NCBI GenBank assembly: GCA_964488645.1
Contig: CAZAVK010000003.1
Location: 43,145 to 107,144, forward strand
Direction of reading: 5' to 3'
Length of the DNA: 64,000 nt
Source of the DNA: an uncultured Rikenella sp.
Lineage (GTDB): Bacteria; Bacteroidota; Bacteroidia; Bacteroidales; VadinHA17
The notes under the pieces are model-generated. The model was not told where the DNA came from and ran no database searches. It saw nothing but the letters and a program-made list of their open reading frames with translations. Both the position numbers and the translations under genes were made by a program. Below are positions 8,782 to 18,142 of the stretch, in pieces. Each line of letters opens with the position of its first letter. Within the stretch, counting starts at the first letter, position 1.

Positions 8782-9540
8782 ATGGCACGCTATTTCATCT
8801 ATCTGAGCTTCCGCGGCACCGCCTATCACGGCTGGCAGATACAACCCGGAAAGCATACCGTACAGGGTCTGCTCACCAGGGCCCTGGACACTCTTCTTTC
8901 GCGGCAGCTCTCCGTCACCGGTGCCGGCCGTACTGACACCGGAGTACATGCGTCACTCTTCTGTGCCCATTTCGATACGGCAGATGAGTCCATTGACCGT
9001 GACAGGCAGTTCATCTACCGGCTCAACAGCCTCCTGCCTGATGACATAGCCGTCTCGGGGATAGTCCGTGTGAGGGATGATGCCAGTGCGCGGTTTGATG
9101 CCCTTTCCCGCACCTATCGCTATACGATCACCCGGGTGAAGGATCCCTTTCACACCGATACCACATGGCTCCTTTACCATGATCTCGACCTCAGCCAGAT
9201 GAATGAGGCTGCCTCCATACTCACCCGCAAGCGCGACTTTGCCAGCTTCTGCCGGCTGCATGGCAGCAACCGAACCACCATATGTACGGTTACTGCAGCC
9301 CACTGGCATGAAGAGCCCGGGCTATATATATTTACAATCACTGCCGATCGCTTCCTGAGGAATATGGTAAGGGCCATTGTAGGGACGATGATCCCTGTAG
9401 GACGCGGCAAACTGTCACCCGGTGAGTTCGGCACAATAGTGGAGGGTCGTGACCGTGGGCTGGCAGGACAGTCAGCGCCGCCACACGGGCTCTCGCTGAC
9501 AGCCATTGAATACCCGGAGGAGCTCTTTATCAGGAGATGA
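8782..9540 (+). CDS. truA: tRNA pseudouridine(38-40) synthase
   Basis: MARYFIYLSFRGTAYHGWQIQP...GAGRTDTGVHA (catalytic Asp motif). Confidence 0.9.
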   Translation: MARYFIYLSFRGTAYHGWQIQPGKHTVQGLLTRALDTLLSRQLSVTGAGRTDTGVHASLFCAHFDTADESIDRDRQFIYRLNSLLPDDIAVSGIVRVRDDASARFDALSRTYRYTITRVKDPFHTDTTWLLYHDLDLSQMNEAASILTRKRDFASFCRLHGSNRTTICTVTAAHWHEEPGLYIFTITADRFLRNMVRAIVGTMIPVGRGKLSPGEFGTIVEGRDRGLAGQSAPPHGLSLTAIEYPEELFIRR

Positions 9541-9564
9541 TCCTGCAGGGAGGCAGGGAGGTGG

Positions 9565-10311
9565 TCAGGCATCCTGCCATATCTCCCAGGCCAGCTCAGC
9601 CTGTCTGTGGAGCATCGCAAGGCCGTTAACGGTAATACAGCCCTGTTCTGCCCCCCTTTCCAGGAACCGGGTGACGGGCGGGTTATATACCAGGTCATAA
9701 AGGAGCTGCCCCTCATGAAGAGAGTCGTAGTCAACCGGCGGCATGGAGTCTGTGTCGGGGCTCATTCCAAGCGGGGTGGCATTGACTATGACCCCTGCCT
9801 TACGGACAACCTCTGCCGGAAGGGTATCATATGAGTACCCTCCTTCCACCGGTTTTCGCGATACCGGTATTGCTCTGACACTGAGCTTTTCCAGGGCATA
9901 CCTGATGCTTCTGGCTGCTCCTCCCGTACCGAGCACCAGCGCTGTGCCGGGAGTCCTGACCAGGTGCTCCTGCAGTGTCATCCTGAATGCCGGCTCGTCA
10001 GTATTGTATCCCTTAAGCCATCTCCGGCCGTTGTGCCACTTCACTGCCACGGTGTTGACAGCGCCTATAAGTGCGGCATCATGATCAACCTCGTCGAGGT
10101 ATTTCATCACCTTCACCTTCCATGGTATGGTAACATTGAATCCGCATAGTGAGGGCTCACTATCAAGCAGCGACGGCAGATGCTCAATTACAGGCAGTTC
10201 AAAGGAATGATAGGCATACCCTTCAAGCCCTTCGCGCCTGAATTTTTCCGTGAAATAGCGTTGTGAGAAGGAGTGTCCGAGCGAAAAGCCTATGATACCA
10301 TAGAGGTTCAT
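9565..10311 (-). CDS. aroE: shikimate dehydrogenase
   Basis: YGIIGFSLGHSFS...FNVTIPWK...GTGGAARS are AroE motifs. Confidence 0.85.
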   Translation of the reverse strand: MNLYGIIGFSLGHSFSQRYFTEKFRREGLEGYAYHSFELPVIEHLPSLLDSEPSLCGFNVTIPWKVKVMKYLDEVDHDAALIGAVNTVAVKWHNGRRWLKGYNTDEPAFRMTLQEHLVRTPGTALVLGTGGAARSIRYALEKLSVRAIPVSRKPVEGGYSYDTLPAEVVRKAGVIVNATPLGMSPDTDSMPPVDYDSLHEGQLLYDLVYNPPVTRFLERGAEQGCITVNGLAMLHRQAELAWEIWQDA

Positions 10312-10312
10312 C

Positions 10313-11086
10313 TCATACTCTCGGCAGGAACCTGAAGAAGGTATCGCTTCTGAGCCCTACCCTGAGCGACTCGAGGGCAATTATCTCGTTAGGGGCAATA
10401 TTTCCCAGGTTGACATTGGCGCCGAAGTTGGCGATAAACCATGCCTGCTGCGATTTGAGCGGCGCCTCCCACAAGACGTTGCCGAACCCCACCTTTTTCG
10501 AGATAGCATTCACAAGCTCCTTGTTTACTGTTCCGTCATCATTGTAAATCCCGATTGTTCCCGACTCGCGCGCCTCGGCAATGACCTTGACCGATCCGGC
10601 CTCAAGCTCGCTCTTCATCATCTCCACCCACTGCTCAGGCTTATAGACCACACTCGTTTTCTTTGATCCCACCTCGGAGATAACCGTGAACTCACGGGAG
10701 AGCCTTCTGATATAGTCAAGCTTCACATCATGGTCCATCTCATAGGAGCCGTCTGAGACCTCAACCATCGTCAGACCGGCCCTATGCAGCAGGTCCACAT
10801 ATTCATCGTACATATCCCTGATGATATATGCCTCAAAGAGGGTACCCCCGAGATAGACCCTGATACCGGCCTGGTGGTAGATATCGATCTTCTGTTTCAC
10901 TCCGGGTGTAAGCAGGGAGGTGCCGAATCCCAGCTTAACCAGGTCAACATATTCGCTGCCCACCTGGACAAAGTCTTCAGCTTCCCTGATACTCAGACCT
11001 TTGTCCATCACCATGGTCATTCCCTCTTCTCTGGGCCTGGGCGGCCTGACCGGAATATGGGTTAGAAAATGAATGGCTTTTTCCAT
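10313..11086 (-). CDS. phosphosulfolactate synthase (ComA) family protein
   Basis: 257 aa. PRPREEGMTMVMDKGL...YVDLVKLGFGTSLL...IRVYLGGTLFE resembles the (2R)-phospho-3-sulfolactate synthase family. It ends 1 nt before the aroE start. Confidence 0.7.
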   Translation of the reverse strand: MEKAIHFLTHIPVRPPRPREEGMTMVMDKGLSIREAEDFVQVGSEYVDLVKLGFGTSLLTPGVKQKIDIYHQAGIRVYLGGTLFEAYIIRDMYDEYVDLLHRAGLTMVEVSDGSYEMDHDVKLDYIRRLSREFTVISEVGSKKTSVVYKPEQWVEMMKSELEAGSVKVIAEARESGTIGIYNDDGTVNKELVNAISKKVGFGNVLWEAPLKSQQAWFIANFGANVNLGNIAPNEIIALESLRVGLRSDTFFRFLPRV

Positions 11087-11111
11087 GCTGCAAGGGTTAA
11101 GATTTCATGAG

Positions 11112-12518
11112 TCAGCCTCTCTTTCTCAGGAGCCTCCTCATCGTTTGAGTCAGTTTCTCTTCGGGGAAGAGTACAAAATATTTATCAATCAACTCATTAT
11201 CCAGTCTCACTGCTCTTGCGAGGCTTCCCGTTGCTTCTGCCGTAAGGCCTGCATGAAGGTATATTGCTGCCAGCAGGTAGTAGATTCCGGGCAGGTCGCC
11301 GCTCACCCTGGCGGCTCTCTTCAACAGGCGTATTGCCCCATTCAATGCCCGGCTGCTGATGATCAGCATTCCCAGTTCTATCCACGCCTCATCGTCATAG
11401 CCATCCAGCACCAGTGTCTCGATGAAACATCGTGCTGCCTCCCTGAAGTCGCCCATCATGACATAGGCCCTTCCCAGGGAGAGCCAGTAGTCAGGGTTCT
11501 CCGGATCAAGCTCAATAGCCTTCAGCAGTGGAATGATACTCTCTGAGGGTCTCTCCCGTGTCAGGGAGAGCAGTGCCAGTCCGTACCATGGCTCAGGAAA
11601 GTCGGGAGCCAGGTCAATGGCCTCGGTATAGCATCTGCGTGCGCTCTCCTCATCGCCTGACTTGTCGTAACACTCTGCAAGATAAGTCAGACCCTCATAA
11701 CTGTCAGGCTCTTCCTCAACAAACTCCCGGTACAGCTCCATTGCCTCCCGGTATCTCTCGAGATTACTGAGGATATTGGCCTTGTTGAAAAGTGCAAAAC
11801 TGTTCCCCGGATTGAGGGCGAGAGCATAGTCATAGGCCTCCATCGCCTTTTCGTAGTCGCCCTTGCGGTTGCAGGCGAGTCCCAGGTTATACCAGGCTGA
11901 ATCAGAGTTAGGATCCTCTTCGAGATAAAGGTTGTAATAGTTTATGCTCCGGTCCAGGTCTCCGGTCTTTGCATATGCATAGGCCAGGTCGTACAGGTGA
12001 GTGGGGAAACCGGGTTCAAGGTCTGCCAGGCGGTGGAGGTAAGGTATCATCTCCTCGTAGTAGTTGAGATTCTGCAGCAGGGTGGTAATTGAATAGAGGA
12101 TTCCCTCCTGCTCATCCTCCTCAGCCGACAGGGCCAGCTCAAAAGCCTTCTTCGCACCGCTGATATCGCCAAGCATTGCCAGGGCAGAGGCTTTACAGAG
12201 CCATATATCGCTGTTGCCCGGTTCAATGCTTTCAAGTTTCTTGGCAATTGAGAGTGCCTCCGTGGCCCTGCCCTTTTCGAGGAGCACACGGGCCTTCCTG
12301 ATCATTATAGGCACTGATCCGGGGTGCAGTTCGCATGCCAGGTTGGTAGCCTCAAAGGCGTATCCGGTATTATTGCCTTCCAGGTAATAGTCTATAATTG
12401 CCTCGAACTCACTGACATCAAAATAGCAGGTCTCCTTGTTCCTGCGCATCCTCTCATAGCGGAGAATCATCTCACCGACATCACTGTCGGGTGAATATCC
12501 GTACTTCTCGTCTTCCAT
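11112..12518 (-). CDS. tetratricopeptide (TPR) repeat protein
   Basis: Repeated A/Y/L TPR heptads run through the protein (AWYNLGLACNRKGDYEKAMEAYDYALALNP and similar). Start set at ATG 12518 (MEDEKYG), which lies just downstream of a TACATTTG box. The longer ORF would begin upstream of that box. Confidence 0.8.
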   Translation of the reverse strand: MEDEKYGYSPDSDVGEMILRYERMRRNKETCYFDVSEFEAIIDYYLEGNNTGYAFEATNLACELHPGSVPIMIRKARVLLEKGRATEALSIAKKLESIEPGNSDIWLCKASALAMLGDISGAKKAFELALSAEEDEQEGILYSITTLLQNLNYYEEMIPYLHRLADLEPGFPTHLYDLAYAYAKTGDLDRSINYYNLYLEEDPNSDSAWYNLGLACNRKGDYEKAMEAYDYALALNPGNSFALFNKANILSNLERYREAMELYREFVEEEPDSYEGLTYLAECYDKSGDEESARRCYTEAIDLAPDFPEPWYGLALLSLTRERPSESIIPLLKAIELDPENPDYWLSLGRAYVMMGDFREAARCFIETLVLDGYDDEAWIELGMLIISSRALNGAIRLLKRAARVSGDLPGIYYLLAAIYLHAGLTAEATGSLARAVRLDNELIDKYFVLFPEEKLTQTMRRLLRKRG

Positions 12519-12537
12519 CTCCCCACAAAATATTGTG

Positions 12538-12545
12538 CAAATGTA
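12538..12545 (-). promoter_or_regulatory. -7 promoter box TAnnTTTG (TACATTTG) for the TPR gene
   Basis: Plus-strand caaatgta is the reverse complement of TACATTTG. It lies 20 nt upstream of ATG 12518. Confidence 0.5.
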
Positions 12546-12746
12546 ACCAAATAATGGTTTGCCCCCTCTCCGGACAGGTTCAATTATCAACAGGGCCCCT
12601 TTTTTACCAACATGATAAACAGATGTTTGTATTTTTTTTAATAGCCGACGCAACCTTCTTCACCCGGAATTCATCTTACAATTGATTTGAAACCTTACCC
12701 TCAACCCAATATATTACCCTAGAATTAACCTAAATTCTACCTTCTG

Positions 12747-12774
12747 AAAACCGGGCACCAGGCCCGGTTTTTTT
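12747..12774 (+). terminator. orphan intrinsic terminator in a divergent intergenic region
   Basis: Stem ccgggc (12751-12756) pairs with gcccgg (12762-12767), loop accag, then T7 (12768-12774). An A-run precedes the hairpin, so it could act on either strand. Confidence 0.6.
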
Positions 12775-12831
12775 CACCCTTCCATATTAAACCCTCTCAC
12801 TCTTCGTTGTATTATATTATAAACGACTGTC

Positions 12832-13830
12832 ATGATGAGACAAGCTCTTTTTTTCATCACTGTGCTCATCATTCTGATTTTTGCCGGCACCGGCTGCAGG
12901 AAGGAGCCGCTGAAGATCAATTATGAGCTTGGTTCTTTTCCAGATTCGGTCATTGCGCTGACCGGTCTGAATACCCAGTATGACGATTACAATATGGATA
13001 TTGAGGCCGGGCGGCACCAGGCTCTCCTGCCGGTGGTGTTCTCATCGAACAGGGGCAGTCAGGGAGGACAGTTTGACCTGGTATATGGTTACATCAGCTA
13101 CACCTTTGGTCAGACTACCGGGCAGTTCACGTTTGGATCAGAGACCACTACCGATGCGTTCCTGGAACGTCTGACGGCCGCTTTCAACAGTGATGGTGAT
13201 GAGCTGGGCCCCTACCGTTTCTTCAACCGTCAGAACGGCCTTGAATATATGGCGGCTGCCAGCGGAACGGGGGGTGAGGGGCTCGATATCGTCTATCTGA
13301 GCTATGTGCCGGCCTATCCTGCAGTGCCCTTCATCGGTCAGCCTGTCCCGGCATCGGTGTTCAACTCCCCTTTCGATGATGCCTACCTCTCATTGAACAG
13401 CACCCTCGATACCGCCTGGTTCTGTTCTGACCGCAGCGGCAATTTTGATATCTACTCCGTTGCCAGGCCGGCGGGGCTCACCCTGGATGAGTGGTTCACC
13501 TCTCCCCCGGCGACGGCAGCCAGGGTTGACAGCGTCAACAGCAGCCATAATGAGAAGTGTCCATTCGTGCTGGGCCGTTATATGGTGTTTGCCTCGGATA
13601 TGCCGGGCGGCCTCGGGGGCTATGACCTGTGGTACTCGGTCTTCCGTGACGGCAAATGGAGTGCTCCGGTCAACATGGGACCGGGTATCAACACCCCGTC
13701 GAATGAGTACAGACCGGTACTGGGAAGCGACAACCGTTTTGAGAATCACTTCCTGATCTTCTCCTCAGACCGTCCCGGCGGCAAGGGAGGTTACGACCTC
13801 TACTTCACCGGCGTCACCCTTACGAAATAG
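12832..13830 (+). CDS. TolB-like / PD40 (WD40-like beta-propeller repeat) lipoprotein
   Basis: Lipoprotein signal MMRQALFFITVLIILIFAGTGC. Repeated PD40-type motifs are present (FCSDRSGNFDIY, FASDMPGGLGGYDLWYS, FSSDRPGGKGGYDLY). Confidence 0.7.
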   Translation: MMRQALFFITVLIILIFAGTGCRKEPLKINYELGSFPDSVIALTGLNTQYDDYNMDIEAGRHQALLPVVFSSNRGSQGGQFDLVYGYISYTFGQTTGQFTFGSETTTDAFLERLTAAFNSDGDELGPYRFFNRQNGLEYMAAASGTGGEGLDIVYLSYVPAYPAVPFIGQPVPASVFNSPFDDAYLSLNSTLDTAWFCSDRSGNFDIYSVARPAGLTLDEWFTSPPATAARVDSVNSSHNEKCPFVLGRYMVFASDMPGGLGGYDLWYSVFRDGKWSAPVNMGPGINTPSNEYRPVLGSDNRFENHFLIFSSDRPGGKGGYDLYFTGVTLTK

Positions 13831-13833
13831 TTC

Positions 13834-14697
13834 TTATCTCCGGCAGGCCTGCAGCGTATTGAGCAGCAGCTGCACCCTGGTCATCGGTCCCACTCCTCCC
13901 GGGACGGGGGTTATCCATGAGCAGCGGGGTGCCACGTTGTCAAAGTCAACGTCGCCTTTAAGCCGCCATCCCGACTTGGTTTCCGGTGCCTCAACCCTGG
14001 TGGTTCCCACATCTATCACCACAGCCCCCTCCTTCACCATATCAGCGGTGATGAAGCCGGGCTTGCCCATGGCTGCGATGATTATGTCGGCTCGTCTTAC
14101 CACTGACGGCAGATCGCGCGTACGGCTGTGCACCACGGTTACGGTACAGTCGATCCCCTTCTGTGATAGGAGGATGCTTACCGGCCTTCCCACGATGTTG
14201 CTGCGTCCGACCACAACACATTCAGCGCCTTTCAGCGGAATATTGTAGCGCTTCAGCAGCTCCATGATTCCTGCCGGGGTGGCCGAGACAAATGCCGGCA
14301 GTCCGGTTGCCATACGCCCCACATTCTCGGGGTGGAACCCGTCAACATCCTTATCCGGGGCAATGGTCTCAATCACCCTGCTCTCGGAGATATGTGCCGG
14401 CAGCGGCAGCTGCACGATCAGTCCGTCAAGGTCAGGGGCATTGTTTAGTTCACGCACCTTCCCGAGGAGTTCCTCCTCGGTTACGGTATCAGGCATACGG
14501 ATAAGTGTGGAGCGGAACCCCACCTCCTCGCAATCCTTCACCTTGTGCGAAACGTAGGTCTCGCTGCCTCCGTCGTTGCCCACCAGGATAGCTGCCAGAT
14601 GCGGTACGCGCTGGCCGCGGCTCTTCATTTCTGCTACCGTTGCGGCAATCTCGCCCCTGATCTCGGCAGCTGTCTTTTTTCCATCAATCAAATTCAT
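13834..14697 (-). CDS. folD: bifunctional methylenetetrahydrofolate dehydrogenase/cyclohydrolase
   Basis: [33 protein letters not shown] and [10 protein letters not shown] are FolD motifs. Confidence 0.9.
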   Translation of the reverse strand: MNLIDGKKTAAEIRGEIAATVAEMKSRGQRVPHLAAILVGNDGGSETYVSHKVKDCEEVGFRSTLIRMPDTVTEEELLGKVRELNNAPDLDGLIVQLPLPAHISESRVIETIAPDKDVDGFHPENVGRMATGLPAFVSATPAGIMELLKRYNIPLKGAECVVVGRSNIVGRPVSILLSQKGIDCTVTVVHSRTRDLPSVVRRADIIIAAMGKPGFITADMVKEGAVVIDVGTTRVEAPETKSGWRLKGDVDFDNVAPRCSWITPVPGGVGPMTRVQLLLNTLQACRR

Positions 14698-14803
14698 ATC
14701 TGCAGTTTGTAATTATCTTTTTCCTGACTCATGTCATTCAGATTGCTTCCCCGTTGCCTTGCTCCCTTTTTCCTCCCATCTCCATCATTTTCCGGCTCCT
14801 TCA

Positions 14804-14958
14804 GCCTGCCTCTCTCCCCTTCCATCTCCCAGGCCCGGTCTCTCTCAATTTCCGTTCTCCGGCAGGTCTCTCTCAATTTCCGTTCTCCGGCAGGGCCTCT
14901 CTCTCAATTTCCATCTCCCCACCCCCGGCCTCTATCTCAATTTCCGACTCCAGGCCCG
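14804..14958. repeat. 28-34-bp tandem repeat, about 5 copies, inside a ~220-bp polypyrimidine (plus strand) / polypurine (minus strand) tract
   Basis: Two copies of gtctctctcaatttccgttctccggcag sit at 14838-14865 and 14866-14893. Degenerate copies lie at 14804-14837, 14895-14927 and 14928-14958. The core is CTCTCTCAATTTCC, which reads GGAAAUUGAGAGAG on the transcribed minus strand. Confidence 0.8.
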
Positions 14959-14979
14959 GTGTACGGCATAGAGACCGTT

Positions 14980-16302
14980 TTACCGTCTTCTCAGGGCCAT
15001 CTTTGACAGGTCACCACCTTTGGCGGCCACCTTCATGATCTTGCGGGTATCATCAAACTGTTTCAGGAGCCTGTTGACCTCCGGCACCGTTGTGCCGCTG
15101 CCGGCTGCTATGCGCTTCCTGCGGCTGCCGTTGAGCAGTGCAGGGTTGGCTCTCTCAGCCGGAGTCATACTTGAGATGATCGCCTCTATCCCCTTGAATG
15201 CGTTATCATCAATGTCAAGGTTCTTGATCGCCTTGCCTACTCCGGGAATCATTCCCATCAGCTCCTTGACGTTACCCATCTTTTTGATCTGCTGTATCTG
15301 TGCGATGAAGTCGTTAAAGTCGAACTGATCCTTTGCCAGCTTCTTCTGCAGCTTTCTCGCCTCGGTCTCATCATACTGCTCCTGTGCCTTCTCCACCAGG
15401 CTGACGATGTCGCCCATGCCCAGTATCCTGTCAGCCATCCTCTCAGGGTAGAAGATATCGATGGCGTCCATCTTCTCACCGGTGCTGACGAACTTGACCG
15501 GCTTGTTGACCACCGATCTGATTGAGAGTGCTGCTCCGCCGCGTGTGTCGCCGTCGAGTTTTGTCAGCACCACCCCGTCATAGTCGATCCTCTCATTGAA
15601 CTCGAATGCGGTGTTGACGGCATCCTGTCCGGTCATCGAGTCGACCACGAAGAGTGTCTCATGCGGATTGACTGCGTTCTTTACTGCCGCGATCTCATTC
15701 ATCATCTCCTCATCTACAGCCAGTCGTCCGGCGGTATCTATGATAACCAGGTCATGCCCCATCTTCCTGGCCTCCCTGACGGCATTGCGTGCTATCTCCA
15801 CCGGGTTGCGGCTTCCCTCTTCGGTATATACGGGCACCGATATCTGTTCTCCCAGCACCCTGAGCTGTTCGATGGCCGCGGGCCTGTAGACGTCGCCTGC
15901 CACCAGCAGCGGGTTCTTGCCCCGTTTGCTCTTGAGCATCCTTGCCAGCTTGGCGCTGAAGGTGGTCTTGCCGCTTCCCTGCAGCCCTGCTATCAGCACC
16001 ACCGCCGGGTTTGCCTTTATATTGATATCACTCTTTTCACCTCCCATGAGCAGGGCCAGCTCATCATGAACTATCTTGACCATCATCTGTGATGGCTTGA
16101 CCGCCTGCAGCACATTCTGCCCCATGGCCTTCTGCTTGACTGTGTCAGTGAACTGCTTGGCAATCTTGAAGTTCACGTCTGCATCAAGCAGTGCCCTTCT
16201 CACATCCTTCAACGTCTCTGCCACGTTTATCTCAGAGATCACCCCTTCACCCTTCAGTATCTTGAAGGAGCGCTCGAGCCGTTCTGTCAGGTTTTCAAAC
16301 AT
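14980..16302 (-). CDS. ffh: signal recognition particle protein
   Basis: An NG domain (GLQGSGKTT, DTAGR, TKLDGD) followed by a Met-rich M domain. Confidence 0.95.
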   Translation of the reverse strand: MFENLTERLERSFKILKGEGVISEINVAETLKDVRRALLDADVNFKIAKQFTDTVKQKAMGQNVLQAVKPSQMMVKIVHDELALLMGGEKSDINIKANPAVVLIAGLQGSGKTTFSAKLARMLKSKRGKNPLLVAGDVYRPAAIEQLRVLGEQISVPVYTEEGSRNPVEIARNAVREARKMGHDLVIIDTAGRLAVDEEMMNEIAAVKNAVNPHETLFVVDSMTGQDAVNTAFEFNERIDYDGVVLTKLDGDTRGGAALSIRSVVNKPVKFVSTGEKMDAIDIFYPERMADRILGMGDIVSLVEKAQEQYDETEARKLQKKLAKDQFDFNDFIAQIQQIKKMGNVKELMGMIPGVGKAIKNLDIDDNAFKGIEAIISSMTPAERANPALLNGSRRKRIAAGSGTTVPEVNRLLKQFDDTRKIMKVAAKGGDLSKMALRRR

Positions 16303-16325
16303 ACAATATCATGTTATTTAACTAA

Positions 16326-18113
16326 TTACATTCTGTCAGGCGCTTCTATTCCCAGCAGGAACAATCCCTTCTCAAGCACCCTTCCGGTCAGTTCGGAGAG
16401 CCTGAGGCGGAAGTTGCGCATCTCCTTCCCCTCTTCACCCAGGATGGAGTAGTCATGATAGAACTGGTTGTACTCCCTTGCAAGCTCATAGCAATAGTTG
16501 GCCATCAGTGCCGGGCTCAGCTCCGCGGCTGCCTCCTTCACCAGCGATGGGAACTCATTAAGCATCCTTATCAGACTAATCTCCTTTACATTGGGTACAA
16601 TCACCTCGCCTTGTTCTCCAGCATCGGCCAGGCCGGTCTCCTCAGCCTTTCTCATTACTGACCTGATGCGGGCATATGTATACTGAATAAAGGGGCCGGT
16701 ATTGCCGTTGAAGTCAATTGACTCCTGCGGGCTGAAGGTCATGTTCTTCTTCGGGTCAACCTTGAGTATGAAGTATTTCAGTGCTCCCAGTCCGATCTGC
16801 CTGCAGATGTTATCCTTCTCGCTCTCGGGGAATCCTTCCAGCTTTCCCAGCTCCTTTGACATATCGGTGGCAGTGCTGATCATCTCAGCTATGAGATCGT
16901 CGGCATCGACCACGGTTCCTTCGCGTGACTTCATCCTTCCATCAGGCAGTTCCACCATCCCGTAAGAGAAGTGATATAGCCCCGAGGCCCACTCATAGCC
17001 CATCTTCAGCAGAGCGGCGGTCAGCACCTGGAAGTGGTAGTTCTGCTCATTGCCAACCACATAGATATGGCGGTCGAAGTTGAAGTCATCATGCCTGATC
17101 ACTGCAGTTCCGAAGTCCTGTGTCATATAGACCGCTGTTCCGTCTGATCTCAGCAGCAGCTTACGGTCAAGTTTCTCGGCGGTGAGGTCTATCCAGACCG
17201 ATCCATCCTCCTCCCTGAGGAGCTGCCCCTGTTCGAGTGAGCGCAGCACTATCTCCTTTCCGATCTTGTATGTATCAGATTCGTAATATATTTTATCAAA
17301 CCCGATGCCGAGTGCACGGTAAGTCTCATCAAACCCTTCATAGACCCACGAGTTCATCATCTGCCACAGAGCCACCGTCTCCGGTTCACCCTGTTCCCAT
17401 TTAATCAGCAGTTCCCTGGCCTCTTTCATCAGGGGGGCATTGTCTCGTGCCTCCGTGGTACTGGCTCCCTGCGCGATCAATCCTGCCGACTGCTCCTTCA
17501 GCCTGGTCTCAAAGAGTACATAAAAGTCGCCCACGAAGTGGTCACCCTTGACTCCCTCTGACATGGGAGTGCGGCCATTTCCCCACTTCTGCCAGGCAAG
17601 CATCGACTTGCAGATATGTATTCCACGGTCATTGACAATATTGGTTCTGATCACCCTGTTACCGGCAGCGGTGAGCAGGCGTGCCAGTGAGTAGCCCAGG
17701 AGATTGTTCCGTATATGTCCCAGGTGCAGCGGTTTATTGGTATTTGGTGATGAGTACTCTATGACCACCGTGGGTGACTTGCTGGTGGCAACTGCGAAGC
17801 CGTAGTCAGGGTCACTGTGCATTTCGATCAGCCGCCTCCCCCACATCTCCGGTGAGATGGAGATATTGAGAAATCCCCTGATGATGGTTGTCTCACTGAC
17901 GGCCCTGATCTCCTCCTCAAGATATGCGGCAACCGCCCGGGCCGTCTCTTCCGGGGAGAGCCGTGACAGCCGGGTGAGCGGAAAGACCACCAGGGTGAAG
18001 TCCCCGGCAAACTCCTTTCGGGTCTTCTGTATCTGGATAAGAGCATCATCGGGGTCAATGCCCCACAGCTGTATTATCGCCTCCCTTATCCCTTGCCTTA
18101 ACAGTTTCTCCAT
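16326..18113 (-). CDS. argS: arginine--tRNA ligase
   Basis: Class I HIGH-type motif PNTNKPLHLGHIRN, plus a C-terminal anticodon-binding region. Start set at ATG 18113 (MEKLLRQ) because the TATATTTG box at 18135-18142 lies inside the longer ORF. Confidence 0.9.
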   Translation of the reverse strand: MEKLLRQGIREAIIQLWGIDPDDALIQIQKTRKEFAGDFTLVVFPLTRLSRLSPEETARAVAAYLEEEIRAVSETTIIRGFLNISISPEMWGRRLIEMHSDPDYGFAVATSKSPTVVIEYSSPNTNKPLHLGHIRNNLLGYSLARLLTAAGNRVIRTNIVNDRGIHICKSMLAWQKWGNGRTPMSEGVKGDHFVGDFYVLFETRLKEQSAGLIAQGASTTEARDNAPLMKEARELLIKWEQGEPETVALWQMMNSWVYEGFDETYRALGIGFDKIYYESDTYKIGKEIVLRSLEQGQLLREEDGSVWIDLTAEKLDRKLLLRSDGTAVYMTQDFGTAVIRHDDFNFDRHIYVVGNEQNYHFQVLTAALLKMGYEWASGLYHFSYGMVELPDGRMKSREGTVVDADDLIAEMISTATDMSKELGKLEGFPESEKDNICRQIGLGALKYFILKVDPKKNMTFSPQESIDFNGNTGPFIQYTYARIRSVMRKAEETGLADAGEQGEVIVPNVKEISLIRMLNEFPSLVKEAAAELSPALMANYCYELAREYNQFYHDYSILGEEGKEMRNFRLRLSELTGRVLEKGLFLLGIEAPDRM

Positions 18114-18134
18114 CCCGGTAAAAATTATCGGATG

Positions 18135-18142
18135 CAAATATA
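18135..18142 (-). promoter_or_regulatory. -7 promoter box TAnnTTTG (TATATTTG) for argS (argS-ffh-folD are co-oriented)
   Basis: Plus-strand caaatata is the reverse complement of TATATTTG. It lies 22 nt upstream of ATG 18113. Confidence 0.55.

Noticed and set aside
14576-15038. Three overlapping plus-strand ORFs (14576-14971, 14731-15006, 14754-15038) across the ffh-folD spacer.
   Set aside because: They are translations of a polypyrimidine tandem repeat (PLSQFPSP-like low complexity) in all three frames, which marks them as a repeat artefact. They also run into the ffh and folD coding sequences on the opposite strand.
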